Shown piece after piece: positions 27,472 through 40,900 of a stretch of DNA of 64,000 nt. Made by a program: the position numbers and the translations under genes. Below the pieces are notes generated by a model that made no database searches, was not told the origin of the DNA, and worked only from the letters and a program-made list of their open reading frames with translations. Source of the stretch: Marsupella aquatica (lineage: Eukaryota > Plantae > Marchantiophyta); contig OZ316896.1 in NCBI GenBank assembly GCA_973895155.1, forward strand, positions 124,001-188,000, written 5' to 3'. Each line of letters starts with the position of its first letter. Positions within the stretch are counted from its first letter, which is position 1.

Positions 27472-30400
27472 TCACCAGTAATCACCACAAGAACACATTC
27501 CATCTTTAAAATGGTGGAACCGATTTGCATCCCTTGCAATAATCTCGCGTCCGGTCACCTTAGAGATATACTTGGTTGCTGAGTGGCAATCTGAACACAC
27601 CCGAAGGTTCTTACTTACACGAATAGGTTCTCCCCAAGGTAGGTGCATAAGTCCGTAAGCAATAGCCAACTTCTCACTATGAGAGCAAAGGGCTAGCTCT
27701 TTATCCTCTTCATTGATATCATGCAATACAAGCTGGGTATCCGGAATGTAGCCTTCCGCCTTCAGTTTTTCACTCAATTTATTCAGCTCAGTATAGATCG
27801 CCTCCGCTTCTGGGTGAGATGTATCCCCCACCACAAATTCATGGATCTTGTTATGAACTTCGATCCAGCTACGTCCTGGCTCCTTCCGAACACCTCTCTC
27901 TTGCATCATAGTGCGTACAGATGACACCTTCTCCCACTTCCCAGCTGCAGCATAGATATTGGAGAGCAGCACATATGTAGAGGCCTTACCGGGTTCCAAC
28001 TTGAAAAGCTCGTTAGCGGCCAGTTCACCCAGCTCCACGTTACCGTAAGTTCTACAAGCCCCAAGCAAGGCTGTCCAAGTTACATCATTTGGTTCGATCG
28101 GCATCTCACTGATCAACTGCTTTGCTTCTTCCACGTGTCCCGCCCGCCCAAGAATATCCACCATGAGGTTATAGTGAAAAACAGTACGCTCGATACCATA
28201 GTCTTGCGTCATAGCAGAAAAGATTCTACGGCCGTCATCAACAAGGCCTCCATGAGAACAGGCTGACAACACAGCTGTGAATGACGTCTCGGTGGGCTTC
28301 ACATGGTCTGCATTCATTTGTCTGAAAAGTCCCAGGGCTTCCTGCCCATATCCGTGTTGTGCAAGTCCACCGATCATTATGTTCCAAGTGACTACATCGC
28401 GTTTCTCCATTCTGTTAAAAACAAGTCGGGCGTCAGATATACTGCCACTCTCTGCATACATGTGAACGAGTGCACTACCCACACGCAAATCCGACTCCAG
28501 TCCGGCTTTGCTAGCGTGGCCATGAACCTCCTTCACCCACTCCAAAGCCCCCGCACTTCCAGATGCATTCAGGATGGTCACATAAGTGATTTCATCTGGT
28601 TCGAAGCCTTGGCGTCTCATTTCAAGAAACATTCGATATGCTTCATGCCCAGATACATGTTGTGCAAGCCCTCCTATCATTACAGTCCATGTGATTACAT
28701 CGCGTTTCTCCATTCTGTCAAAGACCAGTCGGGCATCATCTATACTGCCAATCTTCGCATACATGTGAACGAGTGCATTGCCCACACGCAAATCCGACTC
28801 CAGTCCGGCTTTTCTAGCGTGGCCATGAACCTCCTTCACCCACTCCAAAGCCCCCGCACTTGCAGATGCATTCAGGATGGTCACATAAGTGATTTCATTT
28901 GGTTCGAAGCCTTGGCGTCTCATTTCAAGAAACATTTGATATGCTTCATGCCCAGATCCATGTTGTGCAAGCCCTCCTATCATTACAGTCCATGTGATTA
29001 CATCGCGTCTCTCCATTCTGTCAAAGACCAGTCGGGCATCATCTATACTGCCAATCTTCGCATACATGTGAACGAGTGCAATGCCCACACGCAAATCCGA
29101 CTCCAGTCCGGCATTTCTAACATGGCCATGAACCTCCTTCACCCACTCCAAAGCCCCCGCACTTGCAGATGCATTCAGAATACTCGCATAAGTGAATGCA
29201 TCTGGTTCAAAGCCTTCCAGTCTCATTTGGAGAAACAATCGATATGCTTCGTGCCCACATCCATGTTGTGCAAGTCCTCCTATCATTACATTCCATGTGA
29301 TTACGTCGCGTTTCTCCATTCCGTCAAAAACAAGTCGGGCGTCATCTATACTGCCACTCTTTGCATACATGTGAACCAGTGCAGTGCCCACACGCAAGTC
29401 TGACTCCAATCCCACTTTGCTAGCATGCCCATGAACCTCCCTCACCCACTCCAAAGACCCTTCACTTGCAGGCGCATTCAGGATGCTCACATAAGTGACT
29501 GCGTTTGGTTCGAAGCCTTCCCGTCGCATCTGGAGAAATAATCGATAAGCTTCATGCCCACTTCCGTGTTGTGCAAGTCCACCGATCATTACAGTCCATG
29601 TGACTACATCACGTTTCTCCATTCTGTCAAAAACCAGTCGGGCGTCACCTATCCTGCCACTCTCTGCATACATGTGAACCAGCGCAGAGCCCACACGCAA
29701 ATCTGACTCCAGTCCCGCTTTCCTAGCGTGGCAATGAACGTCCTTTACCCATGCCAAACCCCCATCACATGCGGATGCATTCAGGATGCTCGTATAGGTG
29801 ATTGCATTTGGTTCGAAGCCATCCCGTCTCATTTGGAGGAATAGTCGATATGCTTCCACACCATCACCACGTTCTGCATATGCTCGAATGATAACACTCC
29901 ATGTAATGACATTTCGATTAGTCAACTTTTCAAAAACTTTCCTTGCCTCGGTGATGCACCCACATTTAGCGTACATCAGTACGAGAGCAGACCCTACACG
30001 CACGTCCGATTCAAAGCCGGCATGTCGAATACCCTGATGAATTTCTTTTCCCCAATTGAGAGCTAATGGGCTTGAACATGCATTCAGGATGCTCAGATAC
30101 GTGATCTCATTCGGCTTCACGCCTTCTTGGCGCATTAGATTGAAAATTTCGAGTGCAGATTCAACATGATCACTCCTAGCGTATCCCGCAATCATGCTGG
30201 TCCAAGTAATAACACTCTTCTTCTGAATTTGATCAAAAACTCTACGTGCATCCGATAAACCTCCGCATTTGATATACACATTCAAAAGCGTGATTGCCAC
30301 ATATGGATTTTCGTGAATTCCACTCTCGATGATGCAATCATGAATTTGCTTGGCTCCTGAAAGATCTTTCTGTTGCAAGCACATTTGCAGAACTTTAACA

Positions 30401-30639
30401 TATGTGTACGAGTCTATAGCAATGCCTCGCTGTAGACGATCTTTCAACGTAGCAATTGTTTGACCCGTGGTACCAGGATGCATATGCCTACTGCCAATCC
30501 CTTTTGCAGTGACTTGAGACCGATCTCTCGTGCAATAACTAACATTAGATGGAAATCTGCAGTGAGTAACCAAATTCTCCCTTGCCTTAACCCACGCTGG
30601 GGTTGACCATCCATCCACCCAAAGTGCTAGTCTTGTCAA
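27472..30639 (-). CDS. PLS-class PPR protein with E1/E2/DYW domains (organellar C-to-U RNA editing factor)
   Basis: Open frame of 1055 codons (first in-frame ATG at 30483; upstream exons possible). About 23 PPR motifs, PG box (EPGRSWIE), HSEKLA, CSDCH and terminal CSCGDYW*. Confidence 0.95.
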   Translation of the reverse strand: MTRLALWVDGWSTPAWVKARENLVTHCRFPSNVSYCTRDRSQVTAKGIGSRHMHPGTTGQTIATLKDRLQRGIAIDSYTYVKVLQMCLQQKDLSGAKQIHDCIIESGIHENPYVAITLLNVYIKCGGLSDARRVFDQIQKKSVITWTSMIAGYARSDHVESALEIFNLMRQEGVKPNEITYLSILNACSSPLALNWGKEIHQGIRHAGFESDVRVGSALVLMYAKCGCITEARKVFEKLTNRNVITWSVIIRAYAERGDGVEAYRLFLQMRRDGFEPNAITYTSILNASACDGGLAWVKDVHCHARKAGLESDLRVGSALVHMYAESGRIGDARLVFDRMEKRDVVTWTVMIGGLAQHGSGHEAYRLFLQMRREGFEPNAVTYVSILNAPASEGSLEWVREVHGHASKVGLESDLRVGTALVHMYAKSGSIDDARLVFDGMEKRDVITWNVMIGGLAQHGCGHEAYRLFLQMRLEGFEPDAFTYASILNASASAGALEWVKEVHGHVRNAGLESDLRVGIALVHMYAKIGSIDDARLVFDRMERRDVITWTVMIGGLAQHGSGHEAYQMFLEMRRQGFEPNEITYVTILNASASAGALEWVKEVHGHARKAGLESDLRVGNALVHMYAKIGSIDDARLVFDRMEKRDVITWTVMIGGLAQHVSGHEAYRMFLEMRRQGFEPDEITYVTILNASGSAGALEWVKEVHGHASKAGLESDLRVGSALVHMYAESGSISDARLVFNRMEKRDVVTWNIMIGGLAQHGYGQEALGLFRQMNADHVKPTETSFTAVLSACSHGGLVDDGRRIFSAMTQDYGIERTVFHYNLMVDILGRAGHVEEAKQLISEMPIEPNDVTWTALLGACRTYGNVELGELAANELFKLEPGKASTYVLLSNIYAAAGKWEKVSSVRTMMQERGVRKEPGRSWIEVHNKIHEFVVGDTSHPEAEAIYTELNKLSEKLKAEGYIPDTQLVLHDINEEDKELALCSHSEKLAIAYGLMHLPWGEPIRVSKNLRVCSDCHSATKYISKVTGREIIARDANRFHHFKDGMCSCGDYW

Positions 30640-33600
30640 CTTCTGATTGAACTCAGGTGCTCTGGGCTTCCCCTGTCAGCACCACAACCCACGATCAGAT
30701 CTGCTACCAGGATAAAATCCAGGAGATTCCACGAGGTGCAATGAATTTGAAGTTATTTCTTGACGACTATGTTTCCAGTGATCTTTCTACAATGAGTGTT
30801 CAGAAATGGATAGCAGACCGGTAAGCCTCTCGAGTTCTAGGGTGCATTCCTACCTCCGTCCAAAGATGTATTTTCTTGTCTCCCTTGCTCTGCTGTGATC
30901 TTTGGTACAGATAACTTGCAAAAGTTAAATGACTCCTTTCCAACTGAGAGTAACGGCTATCTGTCAAGAATGCAATGATCTTAGAATAAAATATTGAAAT
31001 AATTGTGAAAGGCACATCCAGGTATCAACAAGCTCGTTCCTTCTCCTGTATTTCACTGTACCCACAGAAAGGACAGAGTCAAGAGCCTATCGAATTGGTA
31101 CTAAAATGCTGCAGCCAGAAGTCACATGCTATCCTTGGGTTGTGTACAGGACAGACTCTTAGGGCATCTTGACAGGCGTTTATTTGTAAGTTGCCTACAC
31201 TGTCTTTTCTGCGCTATACACAAACCAGAATCTCAGGTTTCTGAAAAGAGACTACTTAGAAATAAAGCCTAGCCATCATCTGTAGAATCCATCGTGATTA
31301 GACACAGATGACATGAACGTGAAAGCGCTTCCCTCCCTCTCCTACAATTCAGAAATAAAGGCTATGCATCATTCTTGAACTTGGCTCTTATACAATCCGT
31401 GAAGAGACACATCCGACATGAATGTAACAGCCTCCCCTCCCCTCCCCTCCCCCCCCTCCACCCCACCCTGTGCTTCTTAACACGAAAAAGGAATCAAACT
31501 TGAAGTTCAACTCAAGTCTTGATCACATAAGCCTCATAGTAGGAAATTCCAGCAACTATAAATGTCACACCGTGGTGCTGGAACAAGAGTTTCTGTTTAA
31601 AAGTAGGTACGCATAACGTTGAAATCACTCTTCAGTCTCATTACCTGAAGGCCGTGTACAAGAACAATGGCGGATGCCAATACCAATCAAACCGGAAGAT
31701 GAAGGATAAACTCTGCAAATTAAACGTCTTTGTTGAGAATGTATTCAAAGTCGTTTGGTCACATCAAATCCAACAAAATGACATGCATACAAAATTAATC
31801 ATACCTGGCTGAGGACTGTTGCCTAAAGCGGTCCATATCCAAAAGTTCCATCGAGTCAGCTCCGTTCCCGTGCCGGGAATACGGAGCTCAATAATACAGT
31901 TTTGAGAAATACGATCTTACCTGTTTGACAAAGGTTCAAATCAGTCTAAGTAGTGCAATCTTGCAGAGCCCTCAAATTTCAAGTCTCATCTTTCCTTCCC
32001 ATGGACTAGGGAAAGAATATTCATTACGCGAAGGCTCTGTTGGGGAAACCTTGCCCGGGCAGAGGAATCTCAGCTCAGCGTAACAGTTGGAGGAAGCCCT
32101 AGAAGCATGGAGTAGCGGTATCTTCTCCAGGATCAATTCCTCCTGCTGGACTCTTTTACGAATCATCCCAGCTTTGCCATCAAAACTTGAGAATCAAAAC
32201 TACAAGTTTTGAGAAGAAAAAGTATGAGAAGATCTTCCATCCAAACCCCAAAGCAACCCACCGTCATACCTGCACATTGCCCTCTGAAAAACTATGGCGC
32301 GAGTGCTCTTGTTTATCGCCCTCCGAGAAAGAACCCTTTCCAACTGAAGTGTCCTGCATACCAAACGAAGAATTGACGACATTTCTTCAAAGAAGAACTT
32401 GTGAACAAGTGTTATGCAGACCGTGTAAGTAGCAAATTGGGCAGGCTCGACAATTCGTTCAGAACAACAAGTTGAAGCAAGTGGCAACAAAATTGATCTA
32501 GATTGTAACGGGAAATCAGGAGACGGGCAGCAGGAGACGTCATGCAAGAAATGAGCAGGACTTGAACCAGGATGGACAGTATCCCGGGCTGAAAAAGAGA
32601 TTCTCTCCCGCTTCCTTGGGCGCCCAGAGGTGAGAAGTATAGTTGCCCAGCAATCTAAGGTCGAAACGCAGAAGAACATCCAGTATAGCTAGGGCCTTAC
32701 TAGGAATTCTCTGCCCAAAGGACATGACGAGTGGCCGTGTAAAAGTGGTAACGCGAACCTAACAGGGATCACTGGATTCGTCAGCATGTAGCTACGCACA
32801 GCTCGATACCAACTCCCCGAGAAGCAACTATAGCAATTCAGCAATCCGGAGCCACTACGACAAGTAATTCTTAGCAGATTGTGAATTCTACAAGGATTGT
32901 TAGCTCATTAAATTAACTGCTGAACTACCATCCAATAATACATTCTTAATTTTGGTTTCTTTTATATTTTGCAGTATAATTCATATTTGGCGAGCCTCTA
33001 CCTGGTGGTGGATTAAGGACTTCCTTGGTCGTGGAGTGTCATTTACTTTTCATCCCAAGTCATTCTCGGTGGGGGTCTCCAAGATTCTGAGATGTATTCT
33101 TATTGACTTTTACCTAGAATCCTAGTCAGTGAGGGTCTCTGACATGCGGTCGAGCGGTCGAGCTATCTGGCAAGCCACTCTGTGGTGGATTAGGGACACT
33201 TGGGGCCCACCCAACACTTCCTCACTTGGAGTGTCATTTAGTTTTCACCATCTAAATTATTCTTGGTGGGGTCTCCGGGATGGACTCGGGTCATTTGGGG
33301 CAACAGTATTTGTACTACGCGAGTGTCTCCAAATTGGTTTTGGTTCACTTGTTGCCCACGGTCCGTTTTTACCCATGGTTTCCTAGTCGTAGTGTCGTTA
33401 CCTTTTGACCTTTAGTCGTACTTGACAAGCCTGTTTGAGATGGATTTGGGCCTCATCGAGGATGGTAGATCTGTACGTACATTGTCGTTCTTTACAAACA
33501 CGCGATCCGTATGGAATTTGATTGTACGAACATTGAAAAGTACTGTACGGTGAGGCTTTGCATGCACTTTTGGGTCCATCATCGTATTTCGACGATGGTC

Positions 33601-33741
33601 TCTGACATCGGATGTGGGATAGAACCAATTTGGCTCCTTCATTTGAAACAAAATACTTTTAATTTCATCTCGAAGAGGGTCTCTAAGAGACACTGTGCAT
33701 GTTGTAGCTAACCCTTTAAAACTGTTAAGAGGGTTGACAAA

Positions 33742-34200
33742 TTGTGTCGTCTGGCCAAAGTACGCCCACCACTCCATCTCAGAGAGGGTCTCCGAGAGGC
33801 TGGGTCTCATCTGGGGACCTTTTTGAACCAAGAGGCAGTCCAGGAGAACTGTTGTCTAGCCACTTGGGGCATCTCAGAGAGGGTCTCCGAGCGACTGGGT
33901 TGCAATCTCACTTCCCTTTCCACCCGAGATGCGATTGAGAATTTTTGTCGTGTGGCTGTTTGGGCCACACCGCTCCATCTCAAAGGTCTCCAAGAGGATG
34001 GGTTTCATCTGGCAACCTTTTTGACCCAAAAGGCGGTCCAGGAGAATTGTTGTCTAGCCACTTGGGGCATCTCAGAGAGGGTCTCCATGCAACTGGGTTG
34101 CAATCTCGCTTCCCTTTCCATCCGAGATGCAATTGACAATTTCTGTGGTCTGGCCGTTTGGGCCACACCACTCCATTTCAGAGAGGGTCTCTGAGAGACT
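33742..34200 (+). repeat. Tandem repeat, ~198-bp unit, ~2.3 copies
   Basis: CAGGAGAAYTGTTGTCTAGCCACTTGGGGCATCTCAGAGAGGGTCTCC at 33841 and 34039; internal sub-repeat CATCTCAGAGAGGGTCTCC. Confidence 0.85.
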
Positions 34201-34784
34201 AGGTTGTGATCTCGCTTACAGGGCGTACTTTTCTAATGTGGAGTTCACTACAGTGTGGGACTTTTTTTCTACTTCCCATATTTCACCCTAAACCCTAACC
34301 CTAAACCCTAAACTCCTCTTTACTAAAACAAAACCCTAAACATAATTGGCTACCTTTATCCAAGTCTCCTCCAACAAACCCTCCTTGATCTTCTCGACTC
34401 CACTATGCTCTTCCCCCTTCTCTTAACCCCAATTTCCTCTTTTAGTAAAGCCACCCAAATGATGACAAGTCTTAGTACGGCCCATACTTCATTGTCGGCA
34501 ATGGTCTCCGAGAATGGTATAATTGTGGGCCACCATTTCCTCTTTGAGTTGAGGCACCAAGTATGTACATAAGGCAAAGAATATGAAAAAAAGGAGAAAT
34601 GAAAAGAGGATTGTTTCGACACAAAAATTATCAAAACGTGGGAATGAGAGAGTATCATTCACCACTTTATTTATACTAAATCCAAGAGGGCATTGATTAC
34701 ACCCAAACGCTTAGATAAAAGCCAAGTGGCACACATCTCGGCACACATCCAACGTAGGAATGTGTGCTAGTACTATTGCAATCA

Positions 34785-35275
34785 AAATAAATAATGCATG
34801 CAAGTAAAATAACTAATTCATGCATCTAAAACAATTTGTGTATGCATGCATCTTATGACTTGCATATTTGCTCATCTTGCATGCGCATAAAATAACTAAT
34901 GTATGCACCTAAAACAATTTATGCATGCATGCATATTTGCTGATCTTGCATCATGCGCATAAAATAACTAATCCATGCAAATAAAACAATTTGCATGCAT
35001 CTAAAACAATTTGTGCATGCATCTTGTGGTCGGGCTTGTGGCTTGCACATTTGCTCACCTTGCATGCACATAAAATAACTAATACATGTAAATAAAATAA
35101 TTTGCATATATTTGAAACAAATTATGCATGCACCTTATGGATTGCATATTTTCTCATCTTGCATGCACATAAAATGACTATTGCATGCAAATAAAATAAT
35201 TTGCACATGCATCCAAACAATTTGTGCATGCATCTTGAGGTTTGCATAGTTGCCTACCTTGCATGCACATAAGTA
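34785..35275 (+). repeat. Degenerate CATGCA-rich tandem repeat
   Basis: About five copies of TTGCATATTTGCTCATCTTGCATGCRCATAAAATAACTAAT...AAAACAATTTG. Confidence 0.8.
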
Positions 35276-35395
35276 ATAGTCAAATTATTTAGTTATCCCG
35301 TAACAAAATATAAACCTAGTCTATATAATTAATAATATACGTAGTGATGGTATTCCGCCACCAAAACATACTAATAGTGACAAATCGGGGCACTG

Positions 35396-37942
35396 AAGAG
35401 CTTGGAGAGTGCACAGAAAGCGCTGATCTGGGCTCACCTGCGGGCAATTGGACCCATTTTTGAGCAGGGATTGAGGTTTGGATCCCTGCTGCGATTGTGG
35501 ATGGAGCAACGAGTGATGGCCTACATTTGATAGAATCAATTGTTGTCTGGTCACACTTGGGGAGGGATTGTTACGGTCAACAGAGGTCTCTTGCGCTCAT
35601 TAGGGCACACACCTGTGAGGAGGAAGGTCATTGGGATATTTGCATTCACGCTCGCTCTCTTGGTAGGCATTCGAGGTTTTGGAGGGGACCGCGGGATTGG
35701 GATTTCCCGACCTATCAAAATCAAGATTGTGATGGGGAAGGCAAAGAAGAATTGGAGTCGGGACAAGTGGGGATAGGAAACATGAGACGGAGTTTGAGCA
35801 TTAATTCTTTAAACAAGACCGGTGCCCATTGGTTCATGACAGAAGTGTGGAGCCTGAGCCTTGAATACCGTTGAGTCGAGTTGGCATTTGCGGATTGCAA
35901 TAGGGAGAACAGCACTGGAAGACAAGGAGGAGAAAAAAGGGTATAGATTCATTGGCACGCGGAAGCACTGGATTAGCAACAAGCAAGAAGGAGACGGCTG
36001 GAGGAGGATACATCTGCGGGAGGACTGGGAGCGCTCGACACCCTGCTATAGTGGATCGCTAATGAAGGGACAATCTGGCTCTTGAGATGGTATGCGAAGT
36101 ATTGGGATCTGCCTTCGTGGGATTGAGGTGCTGAACCGCGATCTCAGAGAAATACCTCGAGAGTGTTCTCTAGAATCGTGGTGTAGCAAGTCACTTTGGC
36201 TGCGGGATTTATCTCAGCGGTTTTGCAGGTAGCTGAAGGGAGGGGGGGCCACAAACGGGAAGTGCAGGGCAAGATTAACAGCGGTAAAGAGGGGAGGATC
36301 TCCCTCCAAGGGATAGAGTTAGCACGGAGAAGGGAGGGCTGGAAATAGAAGCAATGGACCTGAATGAAAGGGGAACGAACGGTGGCAAAGACTTGTTGCA
36401 AGGTCGGGGAGAACGTGAATAACGGAGAGAGAACATCGTCAGGTAAGATTGGAGCATTCCTAGCTGCCTTTGATGATATCCCTAGATCCTGCTAATGCTT
36501 ACTACAAAATAAGGTCTAGAATGAACATGGAAGAACCTGCAATCGATTACTATGGCTCGGCTGGTCGGAGGATTTCTCGGGGTGGACGCAAGGAGGGAGG
36601 AAGAAACTTGAGTCTGACAAGAGGGTTGTCGGGGAATATGAGTGGAGGGAACGAGCTGGAAGAGATTGGCACAAAGCAAGACCAGCTGCATTTGGAGGAG
36701 GGTGAGGGCCAAGGAATGGATTTTGCCTACTCTGCCCAGGATGCACGCTCTGGGAGAACCAAAATTGGGAGGACGGTACCCAACACGACTTTTCCCTCCT
36801 CAGGTCCTTTCAAGGGAAGGATCAGTGAACGACCCCCCTGTGCCAGCCGAATCTCCTATGGAGGTGGAGATGGAAGCACCTCGGATATTGAGAGCCTCCT
36901 CGCCAATGATAGATGCAATTGGGGGTTCTAAGCATGTGAACAAGAAGGAAGAAGGTGCACAACAGACTAAAGGAGATGCTCAGGAGCCTGCCATTCAGGA
37001 GGAGGAATCAGAGGAGTGCATCAAGATCCTGAGAGGAATAGCGCTCAGATCTAAGGGTAATCTGGATAAGAAACTATATGTGGACTTGGAATGGAATTTT
37101 CCAGAAGCAGCAAGGAATGTGAGGCAGTTATACAACTGCGGGATGCTGTGTTACTTCACAGGGCGTACCCCCCTTATATCAGTCTTCAGAGAATGGGTGG
37201 AAGAGGTGATGACGATAAGGGAGAACTGGTCGGTATTACAGATCAAATTTGTAGGGAAGAACTTTTACATGGTGGTATTCTAAAATCCTGACCATCGTGA
37301 CCTTGCACTCAATTATGCACCGTGGTTCATAGAGGGTTGATTTGTATATACATTCCCTTGGGATCCCTCATTTGATGTTAAAAGCGAGAGCTTTACCAAA
37401 CTACCGGTATGGATTGAGATCCCTTTTTGTGCTCTTGCTTTGGAAGGCTGCAGGAGGAAGATTGCAAGTACATTGGGAACTCTGCTATACTACATTTAGG
37501 GAGACCAATTTAGCTCGTACCCACATGATCGTGCCTGTATCCTATGGGATACTGACCGGGAGGTGCCTTCTAGTGTGAGAATCCAAATCAAAGATGACAT
37601 TGTGATTTGGCAACCAGTGACCTTTAAAAATATTCCTTACCACTGCTATAAATGCAACAAAAAAGGACACCTAGCCCGCAACTGTATAGAAGAGACTGAG
37701 CCGACTAACAAACCACGGGAGGAGGGGGACGGAGGGTATCCACTGGATGAGAAAGATGATGAGCGCCATTTTGAAGCTTACCCTGAGGAGATACAAAAAG
37801 CGGCGGCAAATGCGGAGGTGAGGGCGCTTTTTCGTGCATCCGAGGTTACCACGCCTTTGCTTGTTCCTGTGGATAGGGCAGCGAACATGGTTCTTGTGGA
37901 GGGGCCGGCTGAAGGTGTTCGTAGGGATCACAATATCATGAG
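35396..37942 (+). mobile_element. L1-clade LINE 5' part with a decayed ORF1 (DUF4283-like + zinc knuckle), interrupted by gypsy copy B
   Basis: 36642-37942 reads GMLCYFTGRTP...FREWV...VGKNFYMVVF*...APWFIEG*FVYTFPWDPSFD...KLPVWIEIPF...IASTLG...QPVTFKNIPYHCYKCNKKGHLARNC, with in-frame stops. The 5' boundary is approximate. Confidence 0.82.
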
Positions 37943-40900
37943 TGTGGTGCGTCCCATGGCTCCCCAAACCCAAGAAAACCCCCTTGCTCAAGCCAATTCC
38001 CGCAGGTTTCATCCTCGGCAAGGCCGTTTCCGTGGCTTAGCGGCATGGGACGCTGCTAATTCTCCTTCTACTACTATTAACATTTTACACACATATACGG
38101 GACAGATCCTTCATCGGGTCATGAGATACTTAGCCGACCTATTCTAGGCCTTCCCTTGTATTCCTCTCCTGGTCTTCCATTAGGTATCTTTGGATTCCGC
38201 CGCCGGAATGATCCCCAATTGGCTTGGTTAAGCCGCTAAGACCTCTCTCAGCTCGACACATCCAACTCTCACTCCCTTGCTACTTCCCTTCATTGATGTG
38301 GGCACTCTTCATACAAGTTAATGCGACACACAAATAGCAAAATGACTCCTTCTGACTGAGTTATACCATGCACTTGCCATACAAATAGTACATCTCATAC
38401 ACAAGCTCTGCAAACTAAGCCGTGAGGCCAACTCTATTCAGTTTTTAGGCATGAGGAAACATGAATATACACAAGGGTCACTGTATAACTAACCGAGAGC
38501 TTCTCTTACTACTTGATCCCAGCCCTGCTGGTGCAACTAAAAACTTGCTAAAGAAGAGGCCCTGGACTCCCCGCTGCCCAGGTATTTATCCTGGCAGCGG
38601 ATCTGTCCAGAACTTCACTGCGTAAGCTTAATCTATCCTACCTGTAATCTACCTAACTGTACAGCGAGGCAGGAGCACAAGTGTTGCTTCTACCAGTGGA
38701 TCCGCCATCCCACTAATCTAAGTGTCAGGGCTGTCTCCTTGTCTTGATCCTAATCCTAAACTTGGAGATCTGAGCCTGCCCTGCCCACTCACGCCTCCTA
38801 CCTCCACGTCCGCCCTTCCTTAAAGGAACGACGCCCTTGCACCATCACAACACCGGTGGCGGATCCTCAATGGACGCCTCCAACGCTTCCCCCGCAGCCA
38901 CTGCCGTCGGTCCGTCCTCTGACAGATTGCCTACCCCGGACCGAGTCAACTCTTCATCGGCTTGACTGGGTCCACCCTTGGCTTCGGCCTCAGCATCGGT
39001 CACGGCCTTCGATACGGCTTCGGCCTCTTCGTCATGTTCTAGTGGAGGATCCGGTACCTCGGCTTCATCAATAGCTGTCCCGGCCACAGCCTTGCCATCC
39101 CCACCTTCTTCAACAGGTGGATCTACTGCCGTGACCATGCCGGAGGTTGGTGCCGGGTTGACCTCCTGGGTCACAACGGCTTGGTAAGCCGTATAACTCC
39201 CAGACCCAGAAGGTTTATGCTTCTTCTTCTTCCCTATTTCGGTAGTTGGTCCCTTCCCCTTGCTACCTACCTCCGGCACCGGGGCGTGTGTCTCGGCTTG
39301 TCTTTCGGCCAGTACCCCTCCTGGTAACGGAGTTCCCACAATTGGAGTTGGACCAGATGAAGCTAAGCACTTAAATATTGCGGCCTGTTTCTTCAGCCGC
39401 TCTGTTTGGTTATCGGCCCGCCGCTGTAAGTTCTCCATCTTCCTGGTGGTTTCCTCCATCTCCTCCTGGGCTTCCTCTAGGTCCTTCCGTCCCTCTTGCA
39501 GCTCCTTTCTGGCTTCCTCCAATTCCAATTTTAAGGTAGCCCTCTCCTCCCGGGTTGCTCTTCGCTCCTTGTCGAGCTTTGCTACGACCTTAGACTCCAT
39601 CTTATTCATCTTGGCATAAGTCTGGTCGAGCTGGTCGTCCTTCTCACGCAGGTCGGCCTTGAAGCTGGCCGTCAGGGACGCAAGCTCCTATTGCAGCGCA
39701 ATAATCCCTTGATAGGATTTTCCTAACTCGGCCTCCTTCTGCTCAAGGGCTCCGCGGATATCCTCGAGCTCTCCTTTCAACGCCCTCTCCTTTCTTTGAG
39801 TCTCCGCCATGGCCCGGTTGTTGGCGGTTATGTGGGCCTCCTCTGCGTCCCTCAGCTCCTGCTTCCACTTTTCCTTTACCTTGACCGCACCGGCCAACTC
39901 TCCTTGAGTCCGAGTCAGTTTATCTTTGATAATTTGATTGCCAGATTGAGCAGCATCCAATTGTCCTTGCATGATGTTTAGCTCATGCCGCTTAATCCGC
40001 AACTCATCTTGGGCTTTCTTGGCCGCCTGCAAGTCTTCCACCTCGGCTTCCGTCTCCCTAAGCCGCCGAATGACCTCGTCCTTCTTGCTTCTCTCCAAAG
40101 CCACCGCTTCTTCTAATCGGTGCTTTTCCAACATCTCCCTCTGGAAAAAAGGTCCCTGCTCCAACTCCTCCCCAAAGATGCTGAGCGCCAGGTCCCCACA
40201 CATCTCCCCGTACTCCATGGCTCTATCTTTAGCATAGGTGGAGTAAGTAGAAGTCATCGGCATCAACCACCTCGGCCTCTGCTCCCAAGCCGCCTTGCGG
40301 ATTTCTTCTACGGTGGCAAGAGGGTTGCTTCTTTTTTTGGCAAGCCGCCTGATGTCCTCCGGCCAATCTCCTCCTGGTAAATCTTTCTCCCTAGCCAGGG
40401 CTGCTTTCTCTTCCTCCCTAAGTCGCTCCTGAAAATCTTGTGCCGTCTGCTTTATGCCGTCAAAGCTCGGGGGAGCAACCTCTGGTGGGGGAGACTCGGG
40501 GCTACTCTGCTGGGTGGGGTCCCCTTGAACTACTCTTGGAAGTGTGGGGATAAACCGGCCACAGGTCCTTACTCCTGGAACATGATGATCCGACCCATAG
40601 CCGGAGTTATCATTGTTGTAGTCCTCCACCGCCTCCTCCACTGCTTGGACTCCCGGCTTCCCCCTCTGTTCCCCTGGTCCTGCCGTGAAAATGGCCTCAC
40701 AGATCACGGGCTCTTGTTCCTCCTCTGGTTTCCAGGTTGTCCTCTCCCTCTGCTTTCCGCGGGAAGGAGCCTTAGGCTGCTCTGCCTCCGATTCGGGGCT
40801 TGAGGCTCCCACATACATTTGAACTCCCGGCTTGTGTTCCGGCCTCCTTCTCTCGTTGGCTCCGGTAAAGGGGTTTTCCCTCCTGAGTTGGCTTAAGCCG

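Noticed and set aside
28303-29403. 366-aa plus-strand ORF
   Set aside because: Antisense shadow of the 303-bp PPR repeats; no independent protein features.
34284-34340. CCCTAAA repeats as a chromosome end or fusion scar
   Set aside because: Only 3-5 units; isolated telo-box motifs are scattered through the window.
37563-38147. 194-aa ORF as a gene
   Set aside because: Chimera of the LINE ORF1 end reading into the LTR at 37943.
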